Assembly (NCBI GenBank): GCA_016748015.1
Contig: JAAOMT010000523.1
Coordinates: forward strand, 310,001-374,000
DNA length: 64,000 bases
Reading direction: 5' to 3'
Source: Geosiphon pyriformis uo1
Lineage: Eukaryota > Fungi > Glomeromycota
A program made the translations under genes and the position numbers. Below, piece by piece: positions 36,777 to 51,961 of this stretch. Below the pieces are notes generated by a model. That model saw nothing but the letters and a program-made list of their open reading frames with translations. It was not told where the DNA came from and did no database searches. Position 1 is the first letter of the stretch. Each line of letters begins with the position of its first letter.

Positions 36777-39700
36777 GTGACTATAACTACAGGAAATCAT
36801 GAGATTTGAGCATCTAAAGATTGATTTAGGGCACTTTTGTTTACATTGCCTGTAAAAATAACAGTTTATAATATAGGCATTCTATTAGATGGGATTGGTA
36901 AAAAAACATGTGTTATCAATCACTCACTTGATATTAGCAACTGGGTTTACTATGCTGTGATTGGTTTTGAATCAGATCAGAAACTGGAATCTGTTTTTTA
37001 TACAAAGCCAATTTTGGGTGGTGTAAGACTTTTATGAACTAGAATAAATTTGGTTTAGTGCAAAAAATGCAGATGTTTTGGGCATTCAGCTTTTAAGTGT
37101 AATATATTAGATGCATCAATCTTGTTTTCCTTAAAATCTTATAAAAGAATTGTCTTAAAAGAAAACTGTTTTTAGTTTGCCAAGTTATATGCAAAGAAAA
37201 GTGTTCTGATTTTTTGTTCTGTTGTCTTTGATAACAAATCTTAAGTACAGATAGTCTTACTTACTTTTTTTTCTGGTAGTTTTTATTTTAGTTTTGGTTT
37301 TGGTTCTGGTTTTCTTTTTTCTGGTATCTCAAATAATAAAGAGAGCACACTAATTGTTCAAGATAGTTCTTTAATTAATAATTGTCTGGTGTTTTTGGAA
37401 CATTTTTTAGAGCTTTTAGCTGATCAAATATTGAGTATTGTAAGAAAACTGAACATAGTTGATTTAGTGTTTCTGGAATCTGTTTTTTGATCTTTTTCTT
37501 TTACTGTAATTGTATTTTTGAGTTTGAATTTGGGTTCAAATATGGTTTTAGATGTTTTGTATATGTTTTTTATGACTCTTTTCTTAGTTGTGATAAAAAC
37601 AACTTCAGCTTTAGGTTTGAGTAGTTTGAAAATTCTGACCACTAAAATGAACAGTTTGAAATCGAAATTGGTGGCTCTTGAGGTCTTTATTAGTTTTGTT
37701 TTGGTAAAGTTAGATTATTTGTGTACTGGTTCAGGTTTTCTAATATATTTTTTGTTCTAATAAATAATTTAGTATAGAAAATTGCTACATGTAATGTTTG
37801 TAATATTAATGTTCTAGTTAAACAAAAAGACATGGTGCACTGATATATAAGTTCTGATAACATGATTTCGATTATTACAGAAATAAAGTTAAAGTCTAAT
37901 ATTAGGCTGTAAATTATAAATAAGTTTGATGAAGTTCAGATTTTTACTTCTGGCTTGAATGAAAGTTTTTGTGGTGCAGATGTTGCAGTAATTATAAATA
38001 ATTCTCTAATTCAGCATGTTTCTAAAGTAGATAAGATTCCTAGTTAATTGATTTCAGTGTATTTTTTTTTTCAAAAACAAGTTTTCTGTTACAATTTTGG
38101 GTCTATATACTGGTGTTTTTTCTGGCTTTAAGTTTGGACAAGCTTTGAAAGTTAATTTGTTTATTGCCAAAGTGATGAACTTCAATAGTTTTGTGGTTTT
38201 GAATGAGAATTTTAATAAATATGGGTCAAAAAAAAGTGCTAGTTACAAAAAGTGTTTGGATATAGGTCTAGTAAATTTACTTTATAAACATTTCTCAATA
38301 ATAACTCTTACTTGGAGCAATTTTAGAGGTGTTAGTAAGATTATTGATTATATTTTTGTTAGCAAGTGTTTGTTTTCAGCAATTGTATATTATGAGATTA
38401 ACTGTGTATTTGAGTTTTTTGATACTGATTATATAGCAATCATGATTTCAGTTAGATTAAGTGGTCTTTTAGATGTTTAGTTAAATAATATTTACAAGCA
38501 TGCTAATAAAAATTGGTGGAAGTTTAGAATTAATTGTGCTAATAGTGTTAAGTGGAATGGCTTTTATGACTTTTTTTCAGCCAAACTTTTTTTAGTGATA
38601 GACAGATTTGTTAATGTGAAAGTAAAAAGAAATCTAAATATAATATAGGAGCTTTTAATAAATGTGGTGGTAAAAATAGCTAATAAAATTTTTCTAAACA
38701 TTGATATAATAAGTTCAAGAATTTATATAACAAACAATCATCAAAATTTTTTAAGTTAGAATTATTAGTTGTCAAAGTTGTAAAGTTGTTTGAATCTGGT
38801 AATAGTTCTGGGACTGATGCTCTCTTTTATATCTGGTTAGCTATTAATAAGAATAGAGCTTTAAAAGTACAGATTATGCTTTATAACAATGCTAAATTAT
38901 CAGATGTTTTAAGCTGTTTGTTTAGTATCAAAAAGTGTTATCACAAATCCAAAGCTGTTGAGACAGCTGCTATAAGGCATGTTATTGAAAAAAGGATAAA
39001 AAATTTTAGTTTAGATAAAAGTTATATGATCAAAAGTATATTAGAGAAACTTTTTTGCAAAGTAGTGCTGAATTATTTAATTATTAATAACAGTCTGATT
39101 TTGTGTTTTGGTAATGTTAAGTTTTATATTAATGTTATTATAGAAGATTGAATTAAAAGACAGATGGTTTCTGCTTCTTTGTTCAGAAATTGGACTAATT
39201 AATATGTTCTTTTAAATTATGTGAATAATAATGTATTCTCAAACATTATGGGTGTTATTTGTTTGAAAAATTTGGTTTAGGTTGTTAAAAATTTGCCAGA
39301 TAAAAAGACTGCAGATTTAAGTGACATTCTAAATAAGTTGTGGAAATATTGTAGTGATAATATTTTTAAGTGTCTTCTGAAGTTTTTAAAGTTTTGTTTG
39401 ATTTTAGGTATGGTTCTGGTTTTGTGAAAAAGAGCATGGGTTTTGATGATACCTAAATCTTATAATTGAAATAGAATTTTAACAAATATTCAGCCTATTG
39501 TTCTGGTAAAAACTGTTAAAAAAATTCTTTCAAAGATTTTTTCAGACCAAATTTTCTTTGCTTGCAGTAAGTTTAATGTTTTTTGTGGAGATAATTTCTC
39601 AGTATTAAAAAGTACTTCTATACAGTTACCTATTTTTGTTGTTGGTTCAGTAGTTAAAAATACTTTAAAAAATAATAGGAAAGTTTAATTGGTTTTGCAA

Positions 39701-42700
39701 GATATGTGCAAAGTGTATGACTTTGTTAAATAATATTATTTGAAGATTAATTTGTGTCATATTAAAATGTGTAAAAAGTTTATTGGGTTTTTTGGCAGCA
39801 TCTATAAGGATAAAATGAACAAAGTTATAACAAATTTTGGTCTTACAGATAAATATTGGGTGTATAATAGACTTGATTAAAGTAAAGTGTTCTCTTTTTT
39901 TTAAAAAAAATCTTTTATAATCCTTTTTTATGTAAAATTAAAAGGCAGGATTATTTGTGTGAACACTGAATTAATACTAAGTTTGTAACTAAAACTGGAA
40001 GAATAGAATTCATAAGAAAAACAACTTTGTTTTTTGTAGCTGGTGTATTTATAGATGATACTATTTGAATTGAGAATAGTCAAGTTTTTACTCAGTATAT
40101 ATTAAAGATTGTTAGTGAATTTTTTTTAATTAATAATATTTTCATTAATAATGACAAAACAATGGCTATTTCTATTAATCAGAAGATTAAGAGTACATTC
40201 TTAATAGTTAACAAATCACTTATTTTAATTACCAAAAGTGGTGTTCTATACAGATATTTGAAAATATTTTTGTCTACTGATGAGATGTCTAGGCCTAGTC
40301 TGGCTAAAGTGCAGTCTGATATTAGATTTTTTTCAAATATGGTTTTGAGGAAAACTATCACAAATAAGCAGTTTTTATATCTGGTTTTAGCAGTTTTACA
40401 ATCTATTATTAGTTATTATTTACAGTTCAGTTTTGTTTTTTTTGGAATCTGTTGTTAATGAGATATGTTAATCAGAAAAAGTTTTAAGTTAAAGGCTGAG
40501 TTGCTCTGTGACTTTCCAAGTGAAACACTGCATCATTTTTTGTTATATAATTTAAAAACATTTGAACATATTTAGACAAAAGAGAAGATGTTTTTAGCTA
40601 TTGTTTTTGCAAATACTTCTGAAATTCTCAATTAGCTTTTTAAACACAAATTTTTGGATCTTCAGGTTTTGGGCTGGGCTTTCTTGAACTCATTGCAACA
40701 TCTGATAAAGTTGTGTATTAGTTCTTTTAACAATTTTTTAATAGGAGTGGTGCACATTTTTTTAGATAATGGCTTTTTATTGAACAATAATTTGTCTTGT
40801 ATATTTTTTAGTTCTGGCAAGTTTTCAATATCAGATAATTTGGGAGCTTTATTGTATTATAAAAAAGTTGGATTCTTGAAAAAATTTGATATGACTTTTT
40901 GTAACAGACTTCTGGATAAACAGAGTAAGATTTTGGATTAAAAAACATTCCACCATTAAAAAAGATTGAATTTCAAGAAGCCTATGCCTTCTTGGTTTGT
41001 TCTGGTCTCAGATTTTTTAAGCAATATTAAACATGCTCTGGTCTTTTTTGGTACAATTTTTGGGTCAGATAGCAGTAATATTGTTCTGTTAAGTTAGTTT
41101 TCAGTTTTGAAAATTATCTCTATAAGGTGTGAGTGAATATAATTACTGTGTATATTGATAGTTTGTTAAAAAGTTTGGGTTCTTCTGCTGTCATTAGTGA
41201 AGCTGCTGCATATTTCTCTGAAATTGACATGAAGATTGGTATAAGAGTCAATGGTTTGCTGTTATTAACAATGACTGAGTTACAAACAGTTGCTCTGGCT
41301 TTGAAATGTGTGTTCTTTTTTTGTACTGTAATTGTGTATTTAAACAGTTAAGCTGCCATAGATGTATGTATCTTGGAATTGGAGATGTTGAATTCTGATT
41401 TTCAAAACTAATGCTGGATGAAAAAGATATACATAGTGAATTTGATTAGTGGCAAAAATCTTTTAGTGGTTTGGTTAAAGATTAAAAATTATTTTAATGT
41501 TTTAGATAATGTTAAAACAGATGCTTTGGCTAGTAAAACTGCTAGTACATTTCTGGTTCTTTTTAGTAATGTGTATAAATGATTCATTAAGACTAATAGT
41601 TTATTAATAGCTAGTAATATTTATCATTTTGTTTAGGATATTTATAGGTCAGTGTGTTATGCTTGTTGAGAGAATAGGTTTGGTTCCAAGATGCTAAATA
41701 GCTCTCTGGTTTGAAAATTGATTGAATTCAGACTGTTACAGTTTAACATCTGAATTTATATATGCTGTCTGGTTTTACAAGTCAGACTACAGCTGGTTTG
41801 CATATGTATTTTATAAAAATAGTTTATAGAAAGTTGCTAATTGTTATTAGAAAAAGACTTTATAATAAAAAGTATCCAAGCATTCTGTATCTACAGTATA
41901 AAGAGATTAAGTTTTCTAATCATGTGTTCACATGTGCTAAAGAGTTTGATGCCCATAAAAAAATTTTGCTTAAGCAGATTGTAATTTGGAGATTTCTGAT
42001 AAGGTTTTGTGTATCTATTTTTATTGTAGTAAAATCTTTTTATTTATGTTTATCAGATATTGATCTGTATGCTTTTCTGTACAAAAGCTTTGTTCTTAAG
42101 AATTGGTATAATGAAACTGTACAAGCATTTAAAGATCATAAAAAGACCACTTGGATTTTGATTGGTTTTATACATGACTTGTATGAATAGTATTGTATCA
42201 ATCTATAGAAGTTTAGATCTAAATACAGAGTGAATATAGAAAAATGTAGTTTAATTAATAATTGTGAAATAATTCCTGATGTTTCTTGTAAATTGGCACC
42301 AATTTTGTTAGATAAAATAGTTAGATTGATTGATGTTAATAAGTCTTTTGGTATTAGCTTTGGTTTTTGCAAGCCTTATTTGTTTTTTTCCAGTCTAAAT
42401 AGTGAGATTATAGTTTATATAGGGACATAATATTTCCTTAATTGGTCTGAATGACCAGTCACATATAATAAAAGTATAAATTGCATCTAGTTAAAGTCTC
42501 TAATTTTGATTTTGTATATTAGATAACAATTAGACTATACTCATTAAATGTTAAAAAAAAAATATTATTTAAATCTGTAATAATATTAATAATTATAAAA
42601 TTATTATTATCAATTAATTTTAATTTAACATTAAAAATTTGTAAATTCAAGATTTATTGATTTAATGTTATTAAATTTTTACAAATTAAAAATTTAAATA

Positions 42701-42789
42701 TAGTTTTTTTAATTGTTTTTCATAAATTTAATTATTAAAATATACATAATTTAAGTTGTTTTCTATAATTAATAAATATTTGGTAAAAA

Positions 42790-43140
42790 CAGATCTATTT
42801 GTTATAAATATTTTTACAAATAGTTTGTTAAAAAATTTAAATTTGTATAAAATAGCCAATAATACTTTGGTATTTTTTGAAAATTCAAATATAAATACAA
42901 ATATTTATGTTTTTAGTCTAATTTTATTAATTTTAATTGAATTATAAGTTATTTTTTTGATATTTAAATGTATATTAGCATTTAATATGATAAAAATTTA
43001 TTTTAATAAATAAGCTATTTTTAATATTTATGTTTTTGAGTTTATTTTAAAGTTGTTTAATCTTTGTAATAATTATTAAATAAAAAAAAACAAATTATTA
43101 ATTTTATTTGTAAAAAAATATTTTAGTTATTTAATCTAAG
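42790..43140 (+). mobile_element. Very decayed LINE RNase H relic
   Basis: NIFTNSLLKNLNLYKIANNTLVFFENSNINTNIYVFSLILLILIEL* aligns with SVYTDGSLSGLGTAAMRAGAAAFFENINLGLGVGVSGLVSFTLTELQ, largely through G>A/C>T changes. Confidence 0.6.
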
Positions 43141-43464
43141 ATTAAAATTCATTAATATTACAACATAAAAGACATTCAAAAACCAAATATTATAAGTCTG
43201 CTATTGAAAAAAATGAAAATCACACCTAAAATACACTTGTAATAGATATGATCTTTTAGAACACAATAATACAAAATGTTAAAATTAGATAAGATTTAAT
43301 CAATTATTTGTTTATTTTTTACTTTACAATAACTAAACATTGTATTTATTTCTAATAAAATTAATAATTCAACTTTAATTTATCCAATAAAAACAAATAA
43401 TACATATTATTATTACATATTATTTTTTTAAAATTTAATAAAATTTCTGATCTTAATTAAAGTT

Positions 43465-46451
43465 CTTTGAAGTGACAATTTTTTGGTGCTGAAGGGTACA
43501 TCCACACAATCTCCAGTGTTTGCTGTCAGTTCGGTGATTGAGGATGCCATGGAGAAGAATAGGGAGTTATGGTTGGTCTTGCAGGATATGCGGAAAGCTT
43601 ACAATTCAGTTGGGTGGCATTATTTAAGGGCTAGTTTGCGGCATGTCAAAATGTGTGAAAGGTTCATAAGATTTTTTGGTGGTATTCATGAGGATAGAGT
43701 TAATAAGGTAATGACTGACTTTGGTTTGTCTGGTGGTTATAAAGTGCATGATGGGCTGGATCAGGATGAAGTTTTTTCGCCACTTCTGTGAAGAATTTTT
43801 TATGATCCACTTTTGTGTAAGGTTAAGAGGCATGAACAATTGTGTGGATACTGAATTGATACTAAATTTGTTTCAAAGTCTGGCAGAATTGAGAGCAGTG
43901 GTGGTTTGACATCATATTTTTCGGCTAGTGCATTTATTGATGATACAATCTGGGTTGGGAATTGTCAGGCTTCTACTCAATATGCTCTGAACATTGCCAG
44001 TGAATTTTTTGTAATCAATAATATTTCTATCAACAGTGAGAAGACAGTAGCTATTCCCATCAATCAGGGTGTTAAAGTTGCTTTACTGAGCATTTACAGT
44101 CAGCCAATTTCTATTGCCAAAAAAGGGAAGGCACATCAGTATCTAGGTATTTTTCTGTCAACCGAGGGGCTCTCCAAGCCAAGTGTTGCTAAGGCTCATG
44201 TGGATATGTGTTTTTTCATCAATGTTGTGCTTAGGAAAGCTATTACAGACAAACAGTTCTCCTATCTGGTGTCGGCTGTTTTGCAGCCTATTGTTAGCTA
44301 TCATATTCAGTTCAGTTTTGTCTCTGCTAATATTTGTTGTAAGTGGGATGTCTTGGTTAGAAAGGGTCTTAGGTCTAAGGCTTGTCTCCTTTGTGATTTT
44401 CCTGATACTGCTTTGCATCATCCCTCATTGTATGGTCTGAAGCTTTTTGAGCAGGTGCAGTCAGAGGGGAAGGTTGCTGCTCTGATAATGTTCTCTAATG
44501 CCTTTGGTATTTTTAGGCATTTGTTTAGACATAGATTTTTGGATCTGCAGGTTCTTGGTTGGGCTTTTTTGGATCCTTTGCAGTTTTTGGTCAGGTTGTG
44601 TGTTAGTCCAGTGAACAATTTCTTGGCTGAGATGGTGAAAATTTTTTTGGGCAATGAGCTTTCTTTGGTGAACAACCTCCCCACTGCATTTCATAGTCCT
44701 GGTCATTTTCCGTTGTCCTCTATTCTTGAGAAGTTTCTGTATTTTGACTCGGTCAAATCTCTTAGACACTTTGATGTCACTTTTGGTGATCGGCTTTTTG
44801 ATAAGAAAGGTGTTTTGTTGGATTGAAAAACTTTTCGTCATTGGAAGAGATTGGATCCGTGTGGCCCTGTGCCTTATTGGTTCTTGGTTTCTTCTGAGTT
44901 TTTGAAGAGTCAGAGTTGTTCATTTTCTGGTTCTATTGGCTCTGCAGAAAAGCTTGGTTTGGACATTTTGGAGTTTGGGGAATTTTCTGTGGTAAAAGAT
45001 GGATTGTATGACATTTGGTCAGGCTTTTTTGAAGTTTTTACAGATGGGTCTTTGAGGAATGCAGGCTCTGCTGAGGTCATCTGTGGTGCTGCTGCATACT
45101 TCCCAGTCTTGGATAAGAGCATTAGTATTGCTGTTAGTGGCCTTTTGTCATCTATTATAGCCGAATTGCAGACTGTCGCTTTGGCTTTAGAGTGTGTTTC
45201 TTCTTCAAGTACTGTGATGTTATGTCTTGACAACCAGGGTGCTATTGACGCATATGTGTCTGAGATGTCTTTGGTTGCCCTTGATTTCCGTAATTAATGC
45301 TGGCTGGAAAGGCGTCATATTTTCAATTTGGTTAGAGATAAGAATCTTAGTGTGAGTTGGATTAAGGTAAAAGACCACTCTGGGATTCCTGGTAATATGG
45401 AAGCTGACTTGGCTGCTGCAGCTGTCTCTGGATCTCCCTTTTCCCTTTGTGCCAATGTGTGTGAACATTTTTTGGTTGTTGAGGGTGTTGCTGTTTCTGG
45501 TAATGCCCGTCATTTTGTCAGGAATATTTTTCAGTTTGTTTGTTGTGTTCATTGGGAAGCTGGGCCTGATTGTGACATGGTTTCGGATGCGATGATTGGT
45601 TGCATAAACTGGGTTGTCACAGCAAAAGTATGGCATCCTGATTCTTATATGCTCACTGGGTTTACTAGCCAGATATCCTTAATGCTTTGCACTTATATTA
45701 TGAAGGCTGTGCACAGAAGATTGCCAGTAGTGGTAAGAAAAAGGTTGTATAATAAGCACTACCCTAATGTATTATGTTTGTTTTGCGGTAGGGTGGAGTT
45801 CTCTGACCATGCTTTTACTTGTGTTCATGAGTCTGGCATTCGTGGCAAGATTTTGGCTAAGGCTTCTGTCTGTTAGTCAGCTTTGGCTAGCAGTTCTCCT
45901 GCTTCTGCCATGTTCCGAGTTTTGTCTCAATGTTCCATTGATGTTGGGTTGTACACTTTGGTTTGCAAAGGGTTTGTGCTGAAGGAATGATATAAGGAAG
46001 CTTGCAGTATTTTTGAGGATAGGAAGGTGGCAGCTACTCAGATCATTGATTATGTCAGGTTTGTGGTTGAGCTATATCATGCTAAAGTGTGGTTAGCTAG
46101 GGCCAGCCACTGGGTGGTAATAGAGAAGGCTGGTCTGGTTTGTGACAGTGGTGTTGTTTCTGGGCTCTTTCGTGGTGTGTCTTCAGTTTTGTCTGATGGT
46201 GTTGTAAGATTGTTTGGTGTGGCCAATTTTTTTGCTGTTAGCTTTGGTTGTCAGAAGCCTTATTGTTTTTTTTCTGGTCTGGGTGGCAGTGTGCGGGTTA
46301 TTATAAGTGTATAGTGTTGCCTTGTCTGGTCTGAATGGCTAGCCACATGTAGAAAGTGCATGAATTGCATTTAGTTTGAGCCTCTTAGTTTGGTTCTATG
46401 TACTAAATAGTGATTGGGCTACACTCATTAAACATATTAATAAAAAAAAAA
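43465..46451 (+). mobile_element. 5'-truncated LINE (copy D): RT, RNase H, zinc finger, 3' UTR, poly(A)
   Basis: LQDMRKAYNSV, FIDDTIW, VFTDGSL, CLFCGRVEFSDHAFTC. TSD TAATTAAAGTT at 43454-43464 and 46452-46462. Confidence 0.93.
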
Positions 46452-46539
46452 TAATTAAAGTTATTTTCAAAGTTGTTTTATGTAACAGATTATTATAATT
46501 AAATTTATCTAAATTATTAATTATTTTATTAAATTATTA

Positions 46540-46741
46540 AATATTTTGAAAGTTATATAGTTTAAAGTATTATATAATTTAATTATTGCAGTTTGTTATT
46601 TTTGTGTATTATACAAATTAGATTAATTAAATAATAATATTTAATAATTTGTTAAAATAATAATATATATTAATTAATAATAAGAATTATAAAAATAATT
46701 TCATGCTAATTAATAATTCAAATAATATTCCAATAGTAATA
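46540..46741 (-). mobile_element. Old degenerate fragment of a family A LTR
   Basis: Colinear with 17530-17746 (...aattataaaaataatttcatgctaa...), ending GTAATA in place of GTAACA. Confidence 0.6.
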
Positions 46742-49431
46742 AATGAATTTTAGATTAATTTAAAAAAAACATAAACATATAATATAATTTAAGAAAATAT
46801 TTATATTGTAATATAAACAAAAATTTTTATTATAATATTAATATTATTATATAATTAAAATTAAAAAATTCACAAAAAACTAATTATAGTTAAATTAAAA
46901 GTATTAATAATTAATATATTAAAAAAAAATTTCGGTAATAATATATTTATTAAATATTTAATAAAAAAAATATGTAAATAATTATTTTAATTTTATAAAA
47001 TTACTTATAAATTGATTTAAAAAATATTTTTTAATAAATAATAACTTAATAACTTAATAATTATTTATAATTTAATTAGAATTGGTTTTTTTATATAAAA
47101 ATTAAAAATTATTACTTGATTTTTTTATTGTTATAAAATATAGTCTAATTATTAATTATTAAATAAAATTTAAAAATTTTAAATTAATTATAATTTATTT
47201 ATTTTTTACATATAATTAGTTATTTAAACCAAATAAAATTATATTATATTAAAAACTATATTATTTAAAACTATTAATTTTTAGTAAAATATTATTAGCA
47301 TATATAATATATAATCTAAAAATTTAAAAATCTCATATTTAATATATATAATATTAATATAATTAATATTAATTATTTTTTTATATTTAATAATTGATAG
47401 CTTACTATAAATAATTTTATAATATAAGTTTTAAAATTAACAATCTTAATATTAATAAAGTCAAAATTAAAATATTAATTAAGATATTAAATAAAAATAG
47501 TTCTGTTTTAATCAATTTTATTAACCAAATTTATACTTAAGTAACTAGTAACAAATTTAATTTTCTATTAAATATAATTAAAATATTACATATTTTATAT
47601 ATAAAATACTAAAAATAATCATATTATTACAGTTATAAAAAAACAATATAAAACTAAATCAAACCAAAAAAACAAGTTTTATTAATCAAATAATCAATTA
47701 TTTTATTATTACATATATTAAAATATTTTTTAATCTTGATTTAATTTACTAAAAGTTATTTATTCTAAATAGTAATATCAATTTTTTATTTATTTAATAT
47801 TTAACTTAAAAGTCTAACAGATATTAATTACAGCTATACTATTTGTAAACATATTATATGATCACAATAAAAATGTATTTTAGAGCCAAAATAATTACTA
47901 TAAATACAGTTAAAATAAATAATAATATATTATAAATTTCAATATTTATATTATAATATATATAATTAAAATATGCAATTATATTACCAGTTATAAACTA
48001 AAATCTAAAGTTGTAAACTAATTTATTAATATAAGTATTAAAAATATTTACATTACAAAAATTTAATTAATCATAAATATTTAATATAATAATAAATAAA
48101 AAATCCAAAAAAATATAAAATATAAAATTTAAATTCAAGATTATTTTATTAATAATAATTAATATATTAAACAAAAAGTTAATACGAAGTTTATATTATA
48201 TAGATATTAACTTTTTGAACTTTAATTATTATTTTTTTAATTAATTATTATATTATCTTTTTTTATTAATTAATTTACAAAAGCAATATATAGTCTTTTA
48301 AAATACTTAACTAATTTATAAAAAAAGAGTTTTTTTAAAACTGTTAAAAAAAAATTTGTATTATTAACAAAAAAATATATATTAATATTATTTATAGTAA
48401 TATTAAATTTTTTAAAAAAACTTATTATATTTATTAAAAAAAATTAAAATGTAATACTTTTTAAATAAATTAACAAATTTCTATTTTAAAATATAAAAAT
48501 TTACAAATTTATAAGCAAAAAACAATTTTAACAAACCATTATTATTAACAAATTTCAACACAAATAAAATTTTATATTTAGTCTAAATTTAAAAAAAAAC
48601 TTAATGTTTTATAATAAAAGATAATAAAAAGTTTTAACAAAAAAATTATCAAATAAATTTGTCTTTAAATAAAAAATTTTATAAATTAACTTGTTTTATT
48701 TATTTAATAATTTGTTATAAATAAAGTTAAATTAAGTATAATAATAAATAATAAAAACTAAAATTATTATAACTAAATAAATAAGCTGTTTATTAATAAT
48801 TGTTTTTTATAAGACCAGATTACAAAAAATATAAATATTTAATTTAGCTTGTTTTAAATTAAAAACACTTAAACTTTTTATAAAAAACATAATACTTAAA
48901 TAATAATATAATTTATTAAATTTAACTATATTAATATATTAATTACAAATAGTTAAGTTTATAGTTTTAACTTTTAGATTAATTAAAATTGTAATTATTT
49001 TTTATAATTAATTAAAATATTATATAAAAAAAAATTTTATTAGTAATATACAAAATTTTTTAAGTTATTACATAATAATTATTTATACATTTAATATTAT
49101 TAACAAAAGTTTTAACTATAAAATATGAAATTATACTTGTAATTTAAATTGGTTTTTTAGTTTTATTAATAAATCAAGTATTCAATTTGTAATTATTTAG
49201 ATTTAATTTTATATAACAAAAAATTATTTATATAAACAGAAAAAAATTTTACTTTAATTTAGATTATTATAAATCTTATAATTTTAAGATAAATCAAATT
49301 TATTGTAATAAAATTAACTCTTTCAAAATAAATATAACCAAAAAACTTTATAAATTGTTTACATATCTTGATATAAAGTAAACTGTATTCTAAATACAAT
49401 TAATTAATCAAATCAAATCATATATATTGTA

Positions 49432-50688
49432 TAGTCATCTTCAAAATTAATGTCTGATTTTGGTGTAACAAAGTACCCAAACATATATTACTTTTTTGGA
49501 CCAAAATTTATTTGTTTACTTCTCCATTACTTACTCAAATATTACACAAAAAAAAATCGGAATAAATATGCCTTGTACTTACTTTTTATTAACTATTAAA
49601 GATAAAGAAAAATTTTCATGTATTTTAAAAAAATGAATGCTGAGCAAATCACAAAAAAAATAAAGTGTAATCTTATAGCAATATAACATTTCATTAACAA
49701 GTATCAAAAAACTGGAAAAATCGAAAATTTACCATGATCTGAACACTTACCAGCTCTCAATAATCAAACAAAAAATGCTCTTTTACGAAAAGTTAAAAAT
49801 GAATAATGTAAACCACTACAAGATATTGTTGATGATTTGAAACTTAATTGCAATTTAATAATAGTCTGTTGAGTATTTTATAACTATGACATTCGAGATT
49901 ATATTGCAGCAAAAAAGCCTTTTATTTCAGAAAAACAAGCAAAAACATGTATTCTTTAATGCAAAATAAAGATTTTTATTTTTGAAAATGAGTAAATTTT
50001 TCAGATGAAACCAGTATAAAAATTAGCAAACAATCTCAACAAGTTAAAATATGGTGTTATATAAAAGAAAGATATAATATTGAATACTTAACACTTAGCT
50101 TTAAAAGTGGTTAACAATCAATAATAGCTTAAGGATGCTTTGTTGAAAAACTTAAAAATCCATTGACATTTTGTGATGAATACAAGAAAAAAACGAAAAA
50201 AATTACAGCAAAAACATATTTTAAGATTATAAAAACCAATCTTTTACTATTTTTTACTGTTATTCATGATTTAATAGCAAGAAATTCAATATTTTAACAA
50301 AACAATGCTCTTATTCATAATGCTAAAATTACAAAAAAATGGTTCAAAAACAAAAACATTGAGATTATAGATTAGCCAGCCAGTTTTTCTAATCTAAATC
50401 TCATAGAAAATATGTGAAAAATAATGAAAAACAATATTTAAAAACATGAAAACTTTTCAAGAACTATAGAGAAACTTAAAAGTGCTTTAAAAAAAAAGGT
50501 CAAGTTTTAATATGTCAGTTTTGAAATGAGTTATTTATTCAATACCACAAAGAATTAAAACAATATTGGAAGCAAATAAAAGGCCAACACACTATTAATT
50601 ATATATATATAAAAAGTAATATGTTTATAAGAATAAATCAAATAAACATTTAAAAAATAAATTTGAGCATTAATTTTGTAGGTAATTG
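49432..50688 (+). mobile_element. Degenerate Tc1-family (DD34E) DNA transposon, about 1.26 kb
   Basis: Transposase relics KKPFISEKQ, FSDET, F*QNNALIH, D*PASFSNLNLIEN, SIPQRIKTILEANKRPTHY*, with 34 residues between the second D position and E. Decayed TIRs share the core CAAAATTAATG. Flanked by TA at 49430-49431 and 50689-50690. Confidence 0.85.
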
Positions 50689-51961
50689 TACATATTTTAA
50701 AACACTAGTTATAGTTTTTAGTTTTTTTTAAAGCATTTTTTATAATAGATTTAACAGTAAAAATAAATATCTAAATAAATGTATTTTTTGGAACCAAAAA
50801 ATTGTTTTTATATAAAATATTACAGACATAATAAACAACCAAAATTTTATTTAACAGAATTTTTAAAAAAATTTTTCTGGTTATTTTAATTAAAACAATT
50901 AATATATATTAGTTAATATATTTTTTTATTTATAAAACTTAAAAATTATAGAAACTTATATAATCTTTTACTTATTTGATATTATTTTTTTATTAAATAA
51001 ATATTTAACAATAATAATAATAAATAGAACAAAACATATTTGTTATAATATTTTCAAAATTTATTAAAAATATTAAACAAGCTAGTTATCTTATTATTTA
51101 AAAGATTATAAATTACTTTGTATAACCTATTTTTAATAATACAATTTATAATCTCAAAAAATATTATCTACAATATATACCAAAAAAACATATTAAGCTG
51201 TTTATATTAAAAAAAAATTATTAAATACTATATAATATTTAATCTAATTTTTTATAATAGTATTAACTTAAACATAATTGATTAGACTTTAAAACTAAAT
51301 TATTATTTGAAATTAAATAGTTTAAACCTATTTTTTTAAAGAGTTTATTTGATATATTCTTAATTATGTATTTTTTATTTACAAAAAAATTGTTTATTTC
51401 TTAATTATAAATTAAATGTTATAGTTTGTTGTAATTTTGGTCTTAGGTATTTTATATTACCAGTATTATTATTTAAAAATAGCCAGTTTTTAAATAATTT
51501 ATTTTAAACAATACTTTTTTAAAATTATATCTCTAATAGCAAAAACAGTTAATATATTTAAATTAAGCCAAAATTTTAACATCATATTAGAATTGTTAAA
51601 ATTACTTAAGTTAAAAATTTTATTTGTAATATTTAATATAATATATTTTAAATTTTTATTTGTTTTTATTAATCTGTTTTTATATAGCATTAAATTTACA
51701 ACTAAATAAACTTTGCTAAATAATTATATTAAAAAATTTACTAATAGATAAAATTTCTTAATTTACAATTAAAAAAAATTAAAGAATTATTAACAAATAA
51801 ATAATCAATAATTTTTTTTACTTCTTATAATTTAGACTATATTAAAGCATTTATTAAAAAACAACTATACAAAAAGTTAAAAAATTCGAATCTAAATACT
51901 ATTTTTATTAAAATTGTTATTTAAAACTATAAATAAGTTATTATTTACAGCTTTGATTATT

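Larger units (their letters stand above)
15850..42560 (+). mobile_element. Heavily decayed full-length LINE (copy C), split into 15850-16765 and 36777-42560 by the nested Gypsy elements
   Basis: 5' UTR motif at about 15850-15920. The ORF1 frame continues across the insertion (..NSVYV|AITTGNHEI*ASKD*FRALLFTLPV). APE, RT (FIDDTI*), RNase H (VYIDSLL) and zinc-finger remnants follow, then family 3' UTR and poly(A) at 42430-42560. Confidence 0.88.
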
